Under the pieces are notes generated by a model, which did no database searches, had not been told where the DNA came from, and was given only the letters and a program-made list of their open reading frames with translations. A program made the position numbers and the translations under genes. 64,000 bases of DNA from NCBI RefSeq assembly GCF_009914755.1, contig NC_060932.1; one strand, 5' to 3'. The DNA comes from the human T2T-CHM13v2.0 reference genome, Homo sapiens. Positions 16,038 to 34,554 of the stretch are shown here, piece by piece; position 1 is the stretch's first letter; every line of letters begins with the position of its first letter.

Positions 16038-17609
16038 TATTTGAAGGGTATCCACAAAATATGGTAGGTAGTAATTGCATTTATTTAAGTGAGAAATGCT
16101 GATAAAAATATACAGGAGAAATCTTAGAAGTTTGAAGGCCTGCTGACAGAACCTGACAACATGAGAGAATCTATTTAGAATCTCCTAAAATGTCAAGAAA
16201 ACGAGTAATCCACATTATCAGCTGTAGAGAGGTCAGGGAGTATAGTATTGTAGAATAGGCTTTTTGAAATGTCACTGGAAACTCATCAATGAGAATTTCT
16301 GGATAAGATTAGAGATTATCAGTGACAAAATTGGAGGGCAGTGTTCATGAAGATGTACAGTTCTAAAATTTGGAAACACTTTAAAAGACATGTTTCAAAA
16401 TAGAGTTTAAATGCTGGGTTTGTTCTCTTTTAGCTGTCATTATAAAAAGCAGAATAAATGTTTCAATGAGCAATGTTTGATGACATTTAAATGTATAATA
16501 TCACCCCTCCTATCTGTAAGCCAGATTAATGCTAAGCACAATTCTAAAACCAAATGCAAGCAAAAATGTACACATACACTCCAAAGAAAAGACTCATTTA
16601 GATTAGTTTTCTTGATTTTATGTCAGCTTCTAGTCAGTTTGGTTGTGTGGGGGGTTTTGCTCTCACACAGTAAGCTAGAAGGTGACTGACACTCAGCAAA
16701 ATGCAGACAACTGTCAGTGACAGACAAGATCTAAGAGCTGAATGATTCCGTCTTTGGGATGACAGCCTTATGTACTTCTAGAGCCTCCCTGTTCAAGTTT
16801 TGAAGATCATAATTATATTCCTGAGTATCAGATAAAAGTTTGTTTTCACTACATAGCATTTAGTTTGAGATTGGAGAGATGTATATAGTACATTTTAGAA
16901 ATTATTCCACTAGAAATGGCTAAAGTAATAAAAGCTCAAGTACTTAAAGGGATGATTCTGTCACCTATACAGAACTCAATGGAACGTCTCATTGCCTCAT
17001 ATGCTAGATAAATTGCCCTTTTATCAGACAGCCTACTAGCCCAAGAACCATATGTTCCAAATTTTTTCGAAAGAGAGAGTTACAAAAAGAGTTAAGTATC
17101 ATCTTACCAAGGGGAAACATCTTAAGCTTAAATTCCAAATCAAAGTTTATGCAAACAAGTTCAGCAGGACATGCTTGAAAATTTCCACTGTGCCTCCTCT
17201 CTCCACCCTCTGAGTCAAAATTTGCCCTGCCAATTACACCTGTGAAGCCTAATTTCTTGAACTGTATGTGAATCTCGATGAAAAGATAGCACTTTTCCAG
17301 GTTTTAGAGACTGAAAAACGAAGTCTACAATGCTACCAAGTTATGACAAAAAAAGTCATCACATAGGCTCGGTACACTTTGGGATAACCTAGCAACATTA
17401 ATATGTCCTTATTGTTTTCATATTACTTATTTGGCAGCCTATAAAATGCATACTAGTATATAGAATTGGGGGTGGTATAATTATTATGGTGGTATCTCCC
17501 CCATTCCATTCTCCTCTGCCTAACTCGATTCTGCCAACAATTTTTGTCCTCTAATGGAAGAATAAGTCACTGATGTACAAAAGTTAAAGTACTTAAAAAG
17601 ATAGTATAG

Positions 17610-18095
17610 CATAAGAGTACATACAGGTTCTGACATTAGGCAGCCTGGGTTCAAATCCTAGTTTTGTTCTATACTAACTGATGTGACTTTGTAACTTCAC
17701 CTCTGTGTTTTGATTGCATTGATATTTAACTTTATGTTTGCTAACTTCACCAGAGATTCTCATGCTTTAGTGTTGATCTGCATCATCTGGAGAGCTTGCT
17801 AAAACACAGATGCCCAGAGTTGCTAGTTCTGTAGGTCTGGGCTGGGCCTGAGATTTTGTATTTCTAATAGGTTCCCAGGTGATGCCATTGTTGGTGACAT
17901 AGGGACCACATTTTGAGGACCATGGCTCTAGAAAATTATTTGACATTTTGCGCTGGACAGTTCTTTGCTGTGTGGGCACTGCACTATGCGCTATGTTTAA
18001 TAGTAGCATCCCATTGCCTCAACCAGCTAGATGACAATAGCACCCAACTCACAGCCAAAAATGTCTCCTCGGGAGCAAAATTATCCATTGCTCTA
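17610..18095. mobile_element. MIR fragment, MER5A-like (about 17750-17930) and MER20-like (about 17935-18095) hAT elements
   Basis: Consensus motifs gagcttgctaaaacacagat, ggtctgggctgggcctgaga and ccaaaaatgtctcc. Confidence 0.7.
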
Positions 18096-18616
18096 GAGAT
18101 AGTAATTCCAGGTGATCTCATGCTTTACTCTTCTCATGCTTTTGTTGGGGAGGGGGAGGTAGAGGTTGGGTGGTGGTAATAGAGCTTCTTGGAATTAAAA
18201 GAAAGATTATAACCCTTCAGGTAGAGTTTCATGCCTTAATGCAGTTAAGTGCAATTGTCTTTCAGTTTTATTGTACTGCTATCCTGAAATAGATGTTAGC
18301 TCAGAGAACTGGTATGTGACAGATTTTTAAAAATTAAGGTACGGTTTACATACCCATAAAATTCATCCTTTTAAAGTGTATAATTTTTTTGGTTTTTAGT
18401 ATGATCACAAGATTGTGCAGTCATCATGACTATCTAGTTCCAAGAACATTTTCATCACCCCAAAAATAAACTAGGGGATAAATTTTCTTTAGGATCTGTT
18501 TCACTTTGGTCTTGCAGCAGAGGTGGACATCTCTGACCCTTATGAGCAACTATGTACCTCAAGGGCTAATACAGAGAAAATAATTGAATAAAGCCATGTT
18601 TTAAAAACAAAAATGA

Positions 18617-19575
<959 letters not shown>

Positions 19576-20273
19576 TAGACTTTGCAAAATACCTCATGGG
19601 CATTCATTTTCTCATTCATTCTGAAGCAACACACCCTTCTATAGGCTATTTTTCCCCAATCTTTCTTTATATGGAAAAACTGATATTGAGAGAGATGAAA
19701 CATCCTGTCTAAATTTACAGGGCAAAACTAGGGATTAGAATTAGCTCCTTTCATTCAAAGTGGCGTCCACTGAGGGCTTGTTCGTATCAGGCATTGTGCT
19801 GAGGTCAGTGATAAAGAGAAGAATGAGACATAGTCCTCACTGCTGCCTCTATTTTTCCTTCTAAACAAACCTACAAGAAAGATTGGGTTTTCTTTTTTGA
19901 AAATGGGCCATTGACTTGGCAACTGTAGAATGGAAGCAAGTGCTTATTTCTTTTAAGTGCTTATTTCTTTTACTAATGAGCAGGCAGCTGGAGATAGTAT
20001 GGAGTAAAATTCAAAATCAGTTCCCGCAGATGGTGTTTATTTGTTTCATGTATTCATTTACTAATCATTTATTGCACCTCTACCAGGTGTTTGGTTTGTG
20101 TCAGGGCAGCTTGGAAGGATCCTCTTATCAGCTTTCCCAAATAGACACTTAAGTAAAAACTTGCTATGAGGATCTTTAAGATAATTCCCTGGGCCTCTAC
20201 CACCATAACCGTCTCTACCTGCAAAACTCTCCTGTATTATATACAAAGAAGCTACTGACTGTACTGTTAATAG

Positions 20274-20582
<309 letters not shown>

Positions 20583-20613
20583 AATAGTTGTCTTTTAAAG
20601 ATTTGATAAATGA

Positions 20614-20982
<369 letters not shown>

Positions 20983-21245
20983 CTACAGTATATATTTAGG
21001 GCAGTTTGACAGTTTTATCAAAAACCGTAAAATGTTCATACACTTTTTGACCTAGCAGTTTTACTTCTTTTCTAACCCAATAAATAAAAATTTGTGTGAA
21101 GACATATGGTCACCTGAGTGTTATTCCCAGTATTCTCATTGTCTGTACTGAGTTTAGCTTCATCCGTGTTAGTATATAAACCTACTCAAATGGGTCTTCC
21201 TGTCTCTTTCCCTCCACTCCTTCCTTCATACTGCAGCCGGTATGA

Positions 21246-21551
<306 letters not shown>

Positions 21552-22744
21552 AGATCTTATATTAATACAATGCAAACCTCATGGCTCACTCCCCTGGTTC
21601 AAATCCTTTGCTTACTTTATTCATAGAATAAGGTCCTAATGTGGCTTCTAAGGTTTTACATGTTAATTCTTCAGTTTTTTGCCCTGTCTTTCACCGTTTT
21701 AATTCTCCCCTGTTCTGTTTCTTCCTCCAATTCTTACCCCTACTCGATCTGTACCAAGCTGCTCTTCATACCTAAATTGCATCCCACTCTCACTTCTCAT
21801 CTTTATGCCTGCTGTTGACACTTCTATTATACTGTTTCATTTTTCCTAGTTGTAAGTTCTATGAGAGGATGGCCTGTGTCTGTCTGTTCTCAGGGATTGA
21901 TTTCCGTCTAAATCCTGAGTACACTACTGGGTAGCTGGCTCAGCTACATTTTCTTACTTTGAGAGAGAATTTATACTATTAGGGAAAGTACATTTCTTGG
22001 CTACATCATGTTGATTAGTACAAAGTTTCAGAATATATTTGAAATCAAAATGAAGTGAATATCTAACCTAACCATTCTAAGTGTGACTTCTACATCTGTG
22101 TAAAGATATTTGGCCTCCGAGTAACAGAAACTGCAACCTCACCAGATGTAAAGAATAAATGAATTCATCTCACATACCGGGAGGCATCAAGATTTTTAAA
22201 TTCAGTAGTTCAGTTTTTACCTTTAGGACATAGTTCTTTTTTTTTTTTTTTCCTGTTTCTTTTTTTGGGGGGGGGGGTGCCGTGGTGGAGGGGATATAGT
22301 TCTTTCTAGCTCTTCTCTCTGCCTTTCACTGCATTGGCCTAATCTTAAGATGATTGCCTTTGTAGTCATGAGATGACGGCTCACAGTAATGGAGGCAGCA
22401 TACTTAAATCAACAGGAGATTGGCTTTTCTTTCCCAGAAGCATCTCCTTATCTCTCTTTAGTCCAAATTGTCTTTTCCCTGTGTGTCCCTGAGTCAGTCA
22501 CTGGTAGAGGGGATGAACGTGCCGTGATTTTCATAGATTGATCTTGTGTGAGTAGAATGGATGCTGGGAAGCCACCCAGTATCCACCACGATTTCTCTTT
22601 TACCAGTGGGGAAGAATTACAGTAATACTTGGCAGGACATTTCCCTTAAAGGCAAAAGTTTCCAATTAGACTTCTTTTTAAAATTTATTCCAATCCCTAA
22701 GATGAGATAATCACCAAAAAAAAAAAAAAGCCTAAGAAATTTTC

Positions 22745-23199
<455 letters not shown>

Positions 23200-24689
23200 G
23201 TAAGAATAAATTGCTTATCTTTATGTGTATTCTTATGCATGGATATTTGTTAGGTTGAAAACATGGATTAAAAAAGTACTTACATGAAACGTGTGTAGAG
23301 TAAGAGTTGTAGGCGGCAGCAGCACTAGTTTTAATGGAATGTACTTATTAGGTATAGATTGGGTTGCAAGTTTAATAAGGGCTGTGATTGTGTTAGTACT
23401 CTAATGGTTTTAGCAGAATTATTCTTGTATTTTTTGGCATATGCTTGGCAGAAATTTTCTTGTTAGTGGCCAGATTTTGCTGTTACAGGGGTATCTAAGA
23501 TGCTTACTCCATTTTTCTTTAGGATTTTGCTGAAATATCATCTCATCAGTGGCACCTGCCCTGAGTACCCATATAAAATAGCAACGACAATTCCCTTATA
23601 CTTTCTATCCCACTTAAGCTTTTGTGTTCTTCTTTCAAGTTTGTGACACCATCTGATATACCATATATTTGGTTGTTCATTCATCTGCCCCAACATCCCC
23701 AAACACATATACACAGAATGTAAACTCCACATGGAGCCAGGGAATTTGTTTTCACTGTTGTATCCAAGCAACAGGCGAATGCGTGGTTTTATGTTGAACC
23801 ATATGAAATTGCTCTTCCTTATAGGTCAAAATGATCAAAATCAGCAGTTCCTCCTAGTTTAATATGCATTGTGGGTGTTTATGTTTGTTGAGTGACTAAA
23901 GGAAGGAGTATTTGGGATAAATAAAGCATACCCAATTCTTCTGAGTACTTTGAAAACATAATAGTTATGAAATTGATATTATATGACTATCAGCTTTTGA
24001 CCTAGGAATTTTTTAAAATAAAGGATTATGTGTGAATTTAAGAAGTCATGGAGGGTTTGTTGTAATTTGCAGATACTTTTATATTTTGAAGCCCTGAACA
24101 CTTGTCAGCCTGATGATTTTAAAAGATTTACATGTCACTAGCTGGGTTGCCCTGCATTTCTGTTGAAAATCAGTGTCATTATTAAATGAATTATTGGTTT
24201 TCTTTGCAATTAGCTACATAGAGTTGCCATAGAGCTCAGATGCCAACATTTCAGATTATCTGTCTCTTTGCCTTTAGAACTGGGGACTCGTGTTTGAACA
24301 TTACAGCTTGTTTTTACTTTCTTCTATAACTTAAAATGCATGGTACATTTTTCCAGATATATAGGCACACAGATTTTTTAATGAAGCTCAAGAAGGCTCA
24401 TTGGGAACCTGGCCTGCCCTGGTTTGAGCACTCTGAGAAGAGTCATCTTGTCATTTTCATGGTCCCCTCTGAGTGGTGCCCTAATTTTAGCTTTCCCATT
24501 GTCTAGAACGTTTCACTCTAGAAGTTCTTAATAAAAATTGTTTGAGACTGTGGGCCTAGCTAAGTGAACTTTACAGGTGTAGTTCAATACATGATTTTTT
24601 TGCCTAAGCTAGTTTGAGTAGGATCTTTATCACTTAGAGAAACCAGAAGAAAGAAAGTATATATATATATTGTTTCATCAAAACAAGAT

Positions 24690-27150
24690 TTCAGGAACCA
24701 GACAAGGATGTCGACTCTGCCAGTTCTGTTCAACAGTCTTTACCGGAGCAACGAGGCAAAAAAAAAAAAAAAAAAAAAAACAGTAAAAGGTGTCTAAATA
24801 GGAAAGGAAGATGTGAAATTATCACTGTTACCTGACAATGTGACGTTACATACAAAAAGCCACAAAGACTCCAGAAAAAAACTATTAGACCTGGTAAATG
24901 AATACAGTAAAGTTGCAGGATACAAAATCAACCTACAAAAAATCAGTAGTGTTTCTAAGTACTAACAACAAACTATCTGAAAAAGAAATCAAGAAAACAA
25001 TACCATTTATAATAGCTACCAAGTAAAATAAAATACGTAGGAATACATTTAACCAACAAGGTGAAAGAGCCATACATTGAAAACTGTAAAACATTGATGA
25101 AAGAAGTTGAAGTCTGCAATAAAGGAAAGATACTCTGTATTCATAGATTAGAAGAAGAATTGTTAAAATGCCCATACTACTGAAAGTGATTTGCAGATTC
25201 AATGCATTCCCTATAAAAACTCCAATAACCTTTTTCACAGAAATAAGAAACAAACCTAAAATTCATATGAAATGACAAAAGACCCCAAATAACCAAAGCA
25301 ATCATGAGAAAAAGAACAAAGCTGGAGAAATCTCACTACCCGATTTTAAACTCTGTTGCAAAGCTGTGGTAATTAAAACACAGTGCTGGCATAAAAATAG
25401 ACACAATGACCAGTGGAACAGTATAGAAATTCCAGAAAGGAACCCATACATCTATAGTCAGTTGATTTTCCACAAAGGTGCCACAAACACCCAATGAGAA
25501 AAGGACAAGTCTCTTCAGTAAAGGGTGTTGGGAAAAGTGGATATCTACATGCAGAAGAATAAAGTTAGACCCTTATCTCACGCCACATGCAAAAATCAAT
25601 TCAGAATGGATTAAAGACTTTTAAACATACCTACTGAATTTGAAAAACTACTGTAAGGAAACATAGGGGGAGAGCTTCTTGTTATTGGTCTGGGGGATGA
25701 TTTTTTGAATTTGACCCCAAAACAGGCAACAAAAGCAAAAACAGACAAATGGGATTACATCAAACTGAAAACTTTTGCATGACAAAGGAAACAAGCAACA
25801 GAGTAAAGAGACAAACTACAGATTGGGAGAAAATATTTGCAAGCCATACATCTAATAAGAGGTTACTATCCAGTCTGTATAAGAAACTTAAGCACCTGAA
25901 TATCAAGAGAACAGATAACTGAATTTAAAAAAGCATGAAGGACTTGAATAAACATTTTCAAAAGAAGATATACAGATGGTTAACAGGCATATGAAAAAAT
26001 GCTCATCACTGATCACCAGGGAAATATAAATTAAAACCGCAATGAGGTGTCACCTCACACCTATCAGAATGGCTGTTATCAAAAAGATGAAAGATACGTG
26101 TTGGTGAAGATGTGGAGCAGAGGGAACCCTTGTACACTGTTTTTGGGAATGTAAATTAGTACAGCCATTATGGAAAACTGTACAAAAAGCTAAAAATAGA
26201 ATTACCATATGATCCAGCAATCCCACTTTTGTGTATATAGCCAAAGGATTTGAAACTGGTATGTTGAGGAGATACCTGCACTTCCACATTTCTTGCAGCA
26301 TTATTCAAGGTACCCAATTTATGGAAGCAACATAAGTGCCTATTAGCGAATGGATCGATGAGAAAGATGTGGTGTATATGTACACAATGAAATACTGTTC
26401 AGCCTTTATTAATTGATTGATCGAGACAGGGTCTCACTCTGTCACTCAGGCTGGAGTGCAGTGGATTGACCAGGGCTCACTGCAGCCTCAAACTCCCAGG
26501 CTCAGATGATCCTCCCACCATAGTCTCCCTTGTAGCTTCTGGGAGCACAGGCACGCACACACCCAGCCTTTTTTGTTGTTGTTGTTGTAGAGATGGGGTC
26601 TCACTGTGTGGCCCAGGCTGGTCTTGAACTCCTGGGCTCAAGCAATCCTCCTGCCTTGGCCTGACAAAGTGCTGAGATTAAAGGCGTAAAACAACATGCC
26701 CATGTCCCCAAAGAAGGAAATTCTGTCATTTTCAACAACGTGGACAAACCTGAAGGACATTGTGCTAAGTAAATAAGCCAGGGACAGAAAGACAAACACC
26801 ATCTCACTTATGTGGAATCTAAAACAATTGAACTCATAGAAGCAGAGAGTAGAATGGTGTTTACCAGAGGCGGGGGGCCGAGGGGAATGGAGGAGATGAT
26901 AGTCAGAGGGCATGAAGTTTCTGTTAGGAGGAATACATTTTTTTGAGATTTATTGCAAAGCATGGTGACCATAGTTGTTAATACTGTGTATTTTGCAATT
27001 CTGAGGGAGCAGATTTCAAATGTTCTCACCATAAAACATAAAAATTTGAGGCAATGGATACTAATTAGCTTGATTTAATGTGTCCACATTGTATACGATA
27101 TCATAACATCAGTTTTGTACCCATAAATATAGTTTGTCAATGTAAATTTT
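24690..27150 (+). mobile_element. L1MA-type 3' portion (decayed ORF2 and 3'UTR), interrupted by AluJ (-, about 26407-26705)
   Basis: L1 ORF2 motifs such as ggatacaaaatcaacctacaaaaaatcagtag and gacaaatgggattacatcaaact, with many stops and frameshifts. Confidence 0.9.
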
Positions 27151-27659
27151 GAAAATTTTTTTTCATGAATTGAAGTAAACAAGATCATAATATACATTGT
27201 GTTTTGCAAAGTGGTCTTTTCATTTACCAAAGTCTTATGGGCATATTTCTTATTGATACTTAGTTTTCAGTCTTTCTTTCTTCCTAGAATGCCTTCCTTT
27301 TTTTTTCCTTTTGTTGAGATATGTCACACACAGAAGAGCATTCTACAAAGAGTGATAATTTTGCATATATGTTTTGCGTATCTCCTATAACGTCCACTCA
27401 GATTGAGATACAGAACTTTCCAGCTCCTCGCTACTCAATACCGCTATGCCAAAGATAGCCATGATTCTGACTTCAGTGCCATTAATTAGTTTTGCCTGTT
27501 GTTGAATGTCTTGTAAGTAGAATCATACAGTATGTACTCTTGTGTTTGTCTTAAAGTCAACATAATGTCTGTGAGATTTATCCATATTGTTACACAGTAT
27601 CTATTTTAAATAGTTGTATGATGTATACAACCTCACCAACATTGATTCTTTCTTTGTCA

Positions 27660-29100
<1,441 letters not shown>

Positions 29101-29339
29101 TGGAAACATCAGTCCTTCTCATTTTGTCTGAGCTGACAAGTGAGAAGCTACATCATTTTGTAGTTTTAGGAGAAATTTGAAATGTGAATGGATCTAAGTA
29201 TGCTTTTTGTTAGTGTAAGTTTTTATATCTGTTTGGTCTTTTAAGTTGTTTTGTTTGTTTTATCTGATTTACAGCCTTCAAAATTTTATTGCTGTTGACA
29301 TCTCTCTTTGTCTATGTAGATTCATTCATGTCTCCTACT

Positions 29340-30790
29340 TAGGTTTTTAAAAATTGATAGACTTTTTAAGAGCTGTTTTACCTTCAGAGCAAAATTGAGT
29401 GGAAAAGAGTTTCAATATGGGATGGTGAAAAAGTTCTGGAGATGGGTGGTGGTGATGGTTGTGCAACAATGTGAATGTATTTGATACCACTGAACTGTGC
29501 ACTTAAAAATGGTTAAAATGGTAAATTTTATGTTGTGTACATTTTACAATTTTTAAAAAGTTTTTAAAATATCAGCAAGAAAATACAGTGAGTTCCCACA
29601 TCCTCCTTGCCCACCACACACTGCCTTCCCCCACCACAATGGTATATTTGTTACAATAGATAAACCAGCACTGGCACATCAATACTGCTCAAAGGCCGTC
29701 GTTAACGTTAGTGTTCACTCTTGGTGTTGTACATCCTATGGGTTTTGACAAATGCGTTTTATGTATCTACCATGGTAGTATAACAGAATAGTTTCTCTGC
29801 CATAACTATCCTCTGTGTTCCGCCTATTTATCCCTCTCTCCAAACCCGGGAAACCCTAATCTTTTTACTTACTGTCTGCATAGTTTTGCCTTTTCTGGAA
29901 TGTCATATAGTTGGAACCATACACCATGTAACCTTTTCAGATTGACTTCTTTAACTTACAGTATGCATTTTAGGTTCCTCCGTGTCTTTTTGTGACTTGA
30001 TGGCTCATTTTTTTTTAGAGCTTCCCACTTTTTTTTTCAGCTTTATTGAGATGAAAGTGACATATAATAAATGCACATTTTAAAAAGGATACAATTTGAT
30101 AAATTTTGACCTATGTATATGCCTGTGAAGCTATCCCCACAATCAAGGCAATGAATGCATCCATCACTTCTAAAAGTATCCTCATGTCCCTTTGTAACCC
30201 CTTCTTTCCTGCTACCCTCTTTCCCATCCCCAAGCAAACACTGCTCTGCTTTCTGTCATTATAGATTAATTTGCATTTTCTAAATTTTATATAAATGGAC
30301 TCAGTATGTTTTGAGGGAAGAAATGTGACTCTTCTTTCATGTAGTATAATTTTGTGATTCATTCATGTTGTTATCTGTATTAATACTTCGTACATTTCCC
30401 ATTGTATGGATATACCACAATTTACATATCCATTCATCTGTTGATGAACATGTGGGCTATTTCCAGTGGGGCTGTTACAGATAAAGGTGCTTTGAACATT
30501 AGTGTACAATTCTTTGTATGAACATATGCTTCAGTTTCCCTTGGGTTTATTCTGTTTCACCTAGGAGAGGAGTGGCTGGATCATATGGTAGGTCTATGCT
30601 TAATATTCAAGAAACTGACAAACTGTTTCCAAAGCCAATGTGACATTTACATTTACATCAACAGTGTATGAGGATTCCTGTTGCTCCACAGTCTCACCAA
30701 CACTTGCTAAGGTCAGTCTTTTCATTTTAGCCATTCTAGTGGCTGTCTAGTGGTTTTAATTTTCATTTCAATAATGATTAATGATGTTTC
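29340..30790 (-). mobile_element. Old L1M fragments (mostly antisense) with a short sense L1MB 3' tip at about 29420-29560
   Basis: L1 3'UTR motifs (ttttgccttttctggaatgtcatatagttgg; gtgcacttaaaaatggttaaaatggtaaatttt). Confidence 0.75.
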
Positions 30791-31759
30791 CTTTGCCAGT
30801 CATTAAAAAAAAAGAATTTAAATTCATTGTTGATGCTGTAGAACTTGTAGTTAGTTCTTGGTGAGCCTACACAGTACATATGCCAGAAAAACGGTAAATG
30901 CTTTGCGCTGATTCATCTTTGGTTCCCTTTACCTTGATCTGAAAGACATCTGGTTCTCTCCTAACAGCACTGCTTTGTCAGGCTTCTCAAGTGGTGGCTG
31001 TTGTTTCTCCCACAGGCTTCATATACCAGGAAACTCATGGTCGTGCTCCTCCATACTGCTTCTAGCCACACCTTCATTTTTCCTAAAGCCCTATAATTTT
31101 GAATCTTGTGACAACATTCTCTGCCCTTCATTGTTACTGTAATTCTCCCTCATTTCCCAACAATTTGGGTGGATATAGTACTCTTGTCTAAACTCTTAGT
31201 GATTTAAGTATGCACCTAGATGATTTTTCATATTGTTGCCTCTCAGTTTCTTGAGCTCTTCTCCATTAATCTTGTCTTGCACCCAACTTCATCTTCACTT
31301 ACTCATTCCCATGATTATGCCCTATACCTTATAATTATGAATAATATGTAATCCATCCACAATCTGTTTTCTATTTACCACTATTTAATCACTACTTCCT
31401 GTCATTCCCTGTAACTTGCTCTGGTACCAAGATGCCAAGAATTCTTCAGTTCTCTAGCACTGATGGGACTTCAATATGGCCCTTCACCTGCATGCTGTTG
31501 TGTCTCTTTCCTCTTAGTCAGCTGAGATTCCATGGCCAATCATATTCACTCCTTGTACACATTTTTAGTTCCTTGGCCCTTCTTGTATTTCTTTGTATTT
31601 GTTTGACAATACCACAACTCTGGTTAAATCTACTCAAGATCATCACTTTACCAGTTCTCCCCTCTTTCTTGCATCATCATTTGCCCCTCCTCTACTGGAT
31701 CATATCCTTAAGCATAGAAGCAAACTGTTACTTCTTTTATCTTTAAAAATATTTCTCCA

Positions 31760-32300
31760 CCGGGCGCCGTGGCTCATGCCTGTAATCCCAGCACTTTGGG
31801 AGGTGGAGATGGGCGGATCACTTGAGGTCAGGACTTCAAGATCAGCCTGGCTAACATGGGAACCTGAAACCCCATCATTTGAGTTTCAGTATGGCATTCC
31901 AGAGATGTATAGAAATTACTCATAAAAGTTGAAAGAGGCCAAGAGCCAGATGCCGACTTTAGATACTAGGGAAGTTTAATTCCTTCTAATTTTCCCTAGA
32001 TAAGGAGTTTTGCCTCCTGGTGGCCTGTTTGTTAGTCACTGGGTGGACTTTGCTCCCTTCTAAATTCCTCAGATAAGGAGTTTTTGTCTCCAGGGACTGT
32101 CCGATGGTCACCAGGTGATTTTCACTTTCCTCAGTCTCTACAAAAATATAATTAGCTGGGCATGGTGGCGCATACTTGTAGTCCTAACCTCCCATACCTG
32201 GGAGGCTGAGGCAGGAGGATCACTGAGTCTCAAAGTCGGATTGTGTTACGGCACTCCAGGCTGAGCAACAGAGCTGGACTCTGTCTCAAAACAAAACAAG
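31760..32300. mobile_element. Alu (+) split by the 5' half of an antisense ERV1 LTR (about 31874-32133)
   Basis: Alu left arm ends at GAAACCCC and resumes at GTCTCTAC. The insert reads TGAGGAAAGTGAAAATCACCTGGTGACC on the minus strand, like a MER4-group LTR start. Confidence 0.7.
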
Positions 32301-32340
32301 ACCCAAAAAACCTGCACTTGTCAGGGCTACCGTGATGTAG

Positions 32341-32742
<402 letters not shown>

Positions 32743-33261
32743 TAACACTTCTAAAATTTGGCTTCCAGGATACTGAAGTGGTTCTTTAGTAAATCAGATT
32801 TGCTCCTGAGAACCCTGCATTAGTGTCCCATTTCACTCAGGCTAAGAATCAAAGTACTTACAGTAGTACATGAGATCCTAAGTGATGTGGGCCACTTGTC
32901 ACCACTCTGGCCTCATTCACCCAGCATTCTTTCCCACAGCAGCTCCCTGGCTCATCCCAGGCCCACCAAATATCTCCTGCCTAAATGCTTTGGCATGGCA
33001 GATCCTCTGCCTCTCCATCAGATGTTCCCTTCCCACTCTCCTCACCACCTTCCAGCACCCCTGACATTGGTCAGTTTTTCAGTGGAGCCTGCCCTGCCCA
33101 CCCTTTTTAATATTGCCGCCGCCTCTTATCCTGCTCTATTGTAGGTGTCCAGAAAATATTTGTTGAATAAATGAATGTGGAATTATACAATTTAACTGTA
33201 AAGTTAAAAGAAAGCTAATTTATCTTTTTTTGGCTTTTTGTTTTCAAGAAGGGTTTACCAC

Positions 33262-34554
33262 TGTTGTTTTCCGTCAACATTTTCTCTGACACCAATTAGG
33301 TGCCCTGTAGTTCCATTGGATTCTGATGCTAACTACCTGAGTTAGCTCAGACCTCACAAGTTAAGGGCATAGTCCTTCAATTCTGACAGGAACTACCCAG
33401 AATTACTATTGAGAAAAGAACTTTTATCTGAGGAATGAGTCCTTTTAAATTATAAGACCCAGAGAGACATTAAGATGCGTCAGCAGTCACATCCTATTCC
33501 CACTTTGCACTGTGTGTTCACCTCTTGAAAGTGCTTGCTGTTGACACAAGTAGCTGTACATTAACCTAATAAAGCTGCACCAGACAGTATAATCCACACC
33601 TGTAGCTTAAAGGTGTCTAGCCAGTCACTAATCAATGCTATTTCTGTAAATCAGTGAGAATTTCTAACAACTTTGTATCAACCTACTGTCTGTCTCCCCA
33701 CCCCCCTTTTCTGAAACCTTTAAATACAAACCTGCACATAACAAAGGCCAAATGGAGCTCATATCCAAGGTTACTTGGGTCTAAGTCTTTTCGGCAGCTG
33801 TCTTTGCTTTGGCTCAGGTAAACTCTTTAAATCGTATTTTGTGCTTCATCCTCTTCCTTTTGGGTTGACAGTACAGACCCCACAAATTAAAGTTAAGGTC
33901 CCAGTGCCAAAAGACAGCTAGTTGGAAATAGTCCTCAGTGCAGCTGTACTTCTACCCAGCCAACCACAGATTCAAGGGTTCCCATGACCCCGTGCTCCCT
34001 TAAGTTGGATAATTTGTTAGAATGACTCACAGCACTCCAGAAAGCACTATAATTACAATCAGTTTTATTATAAATGATACAGCTTGGTAACAGCCAGTGG
34101 AAAAGAAGCATATGGCAGAAAACAAAACTAGGGGCAGTGCAGAGCTTCCCTTCCCTTTCTGGGCATGCATCTCACTGAGCGCGTTGAGGTGATCATCAGC
34201 CTGGGAGCTCGCTAAACCCTGTTGTTAATGGTTTTTATTTGGGATCTCATTACATAGGCATGATTGAAGTCATTGGTCATGTGATTGAGCTCAGTCTCCG
34301 GTACCTCTCCCTTTCCCTTTGGGGCTGAATGTTCCAACCTCTAATAAATCGGTTGGTTCCTCTGTGACCAGCCCCCATCCTAAAGCAATAAAGGGGCCCA
34401 CAATGAATCCCCTCGTTAGTATAAACTCTGGTATGGTTTAAAGGAGCTCCTTATGAATTACAAAAGACACTCCACTCAGGAAATTCCAAGAGTTTAGGAG
34501 ATCAGTGCCAGGAAATAAGGGACAGAGACCAAATATATTTTTTATTATAACACA
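33262..34554 (-). mobile_element. MER21-like solo LTR containing a nested ERV1 LTR (+, about 33407-33870)
   Basis: TG...CA ends with 5-bp TSD ACCAC (33257-33261 and 34555-34559). The inner LTR ends ggttgaca. Confidence 0.8.

Noticed and set aside
22238-22293. Poly-T followed by poly-G run
   Set aside because: Low-complexity homopolymer, probably slippage; no evidence of function.
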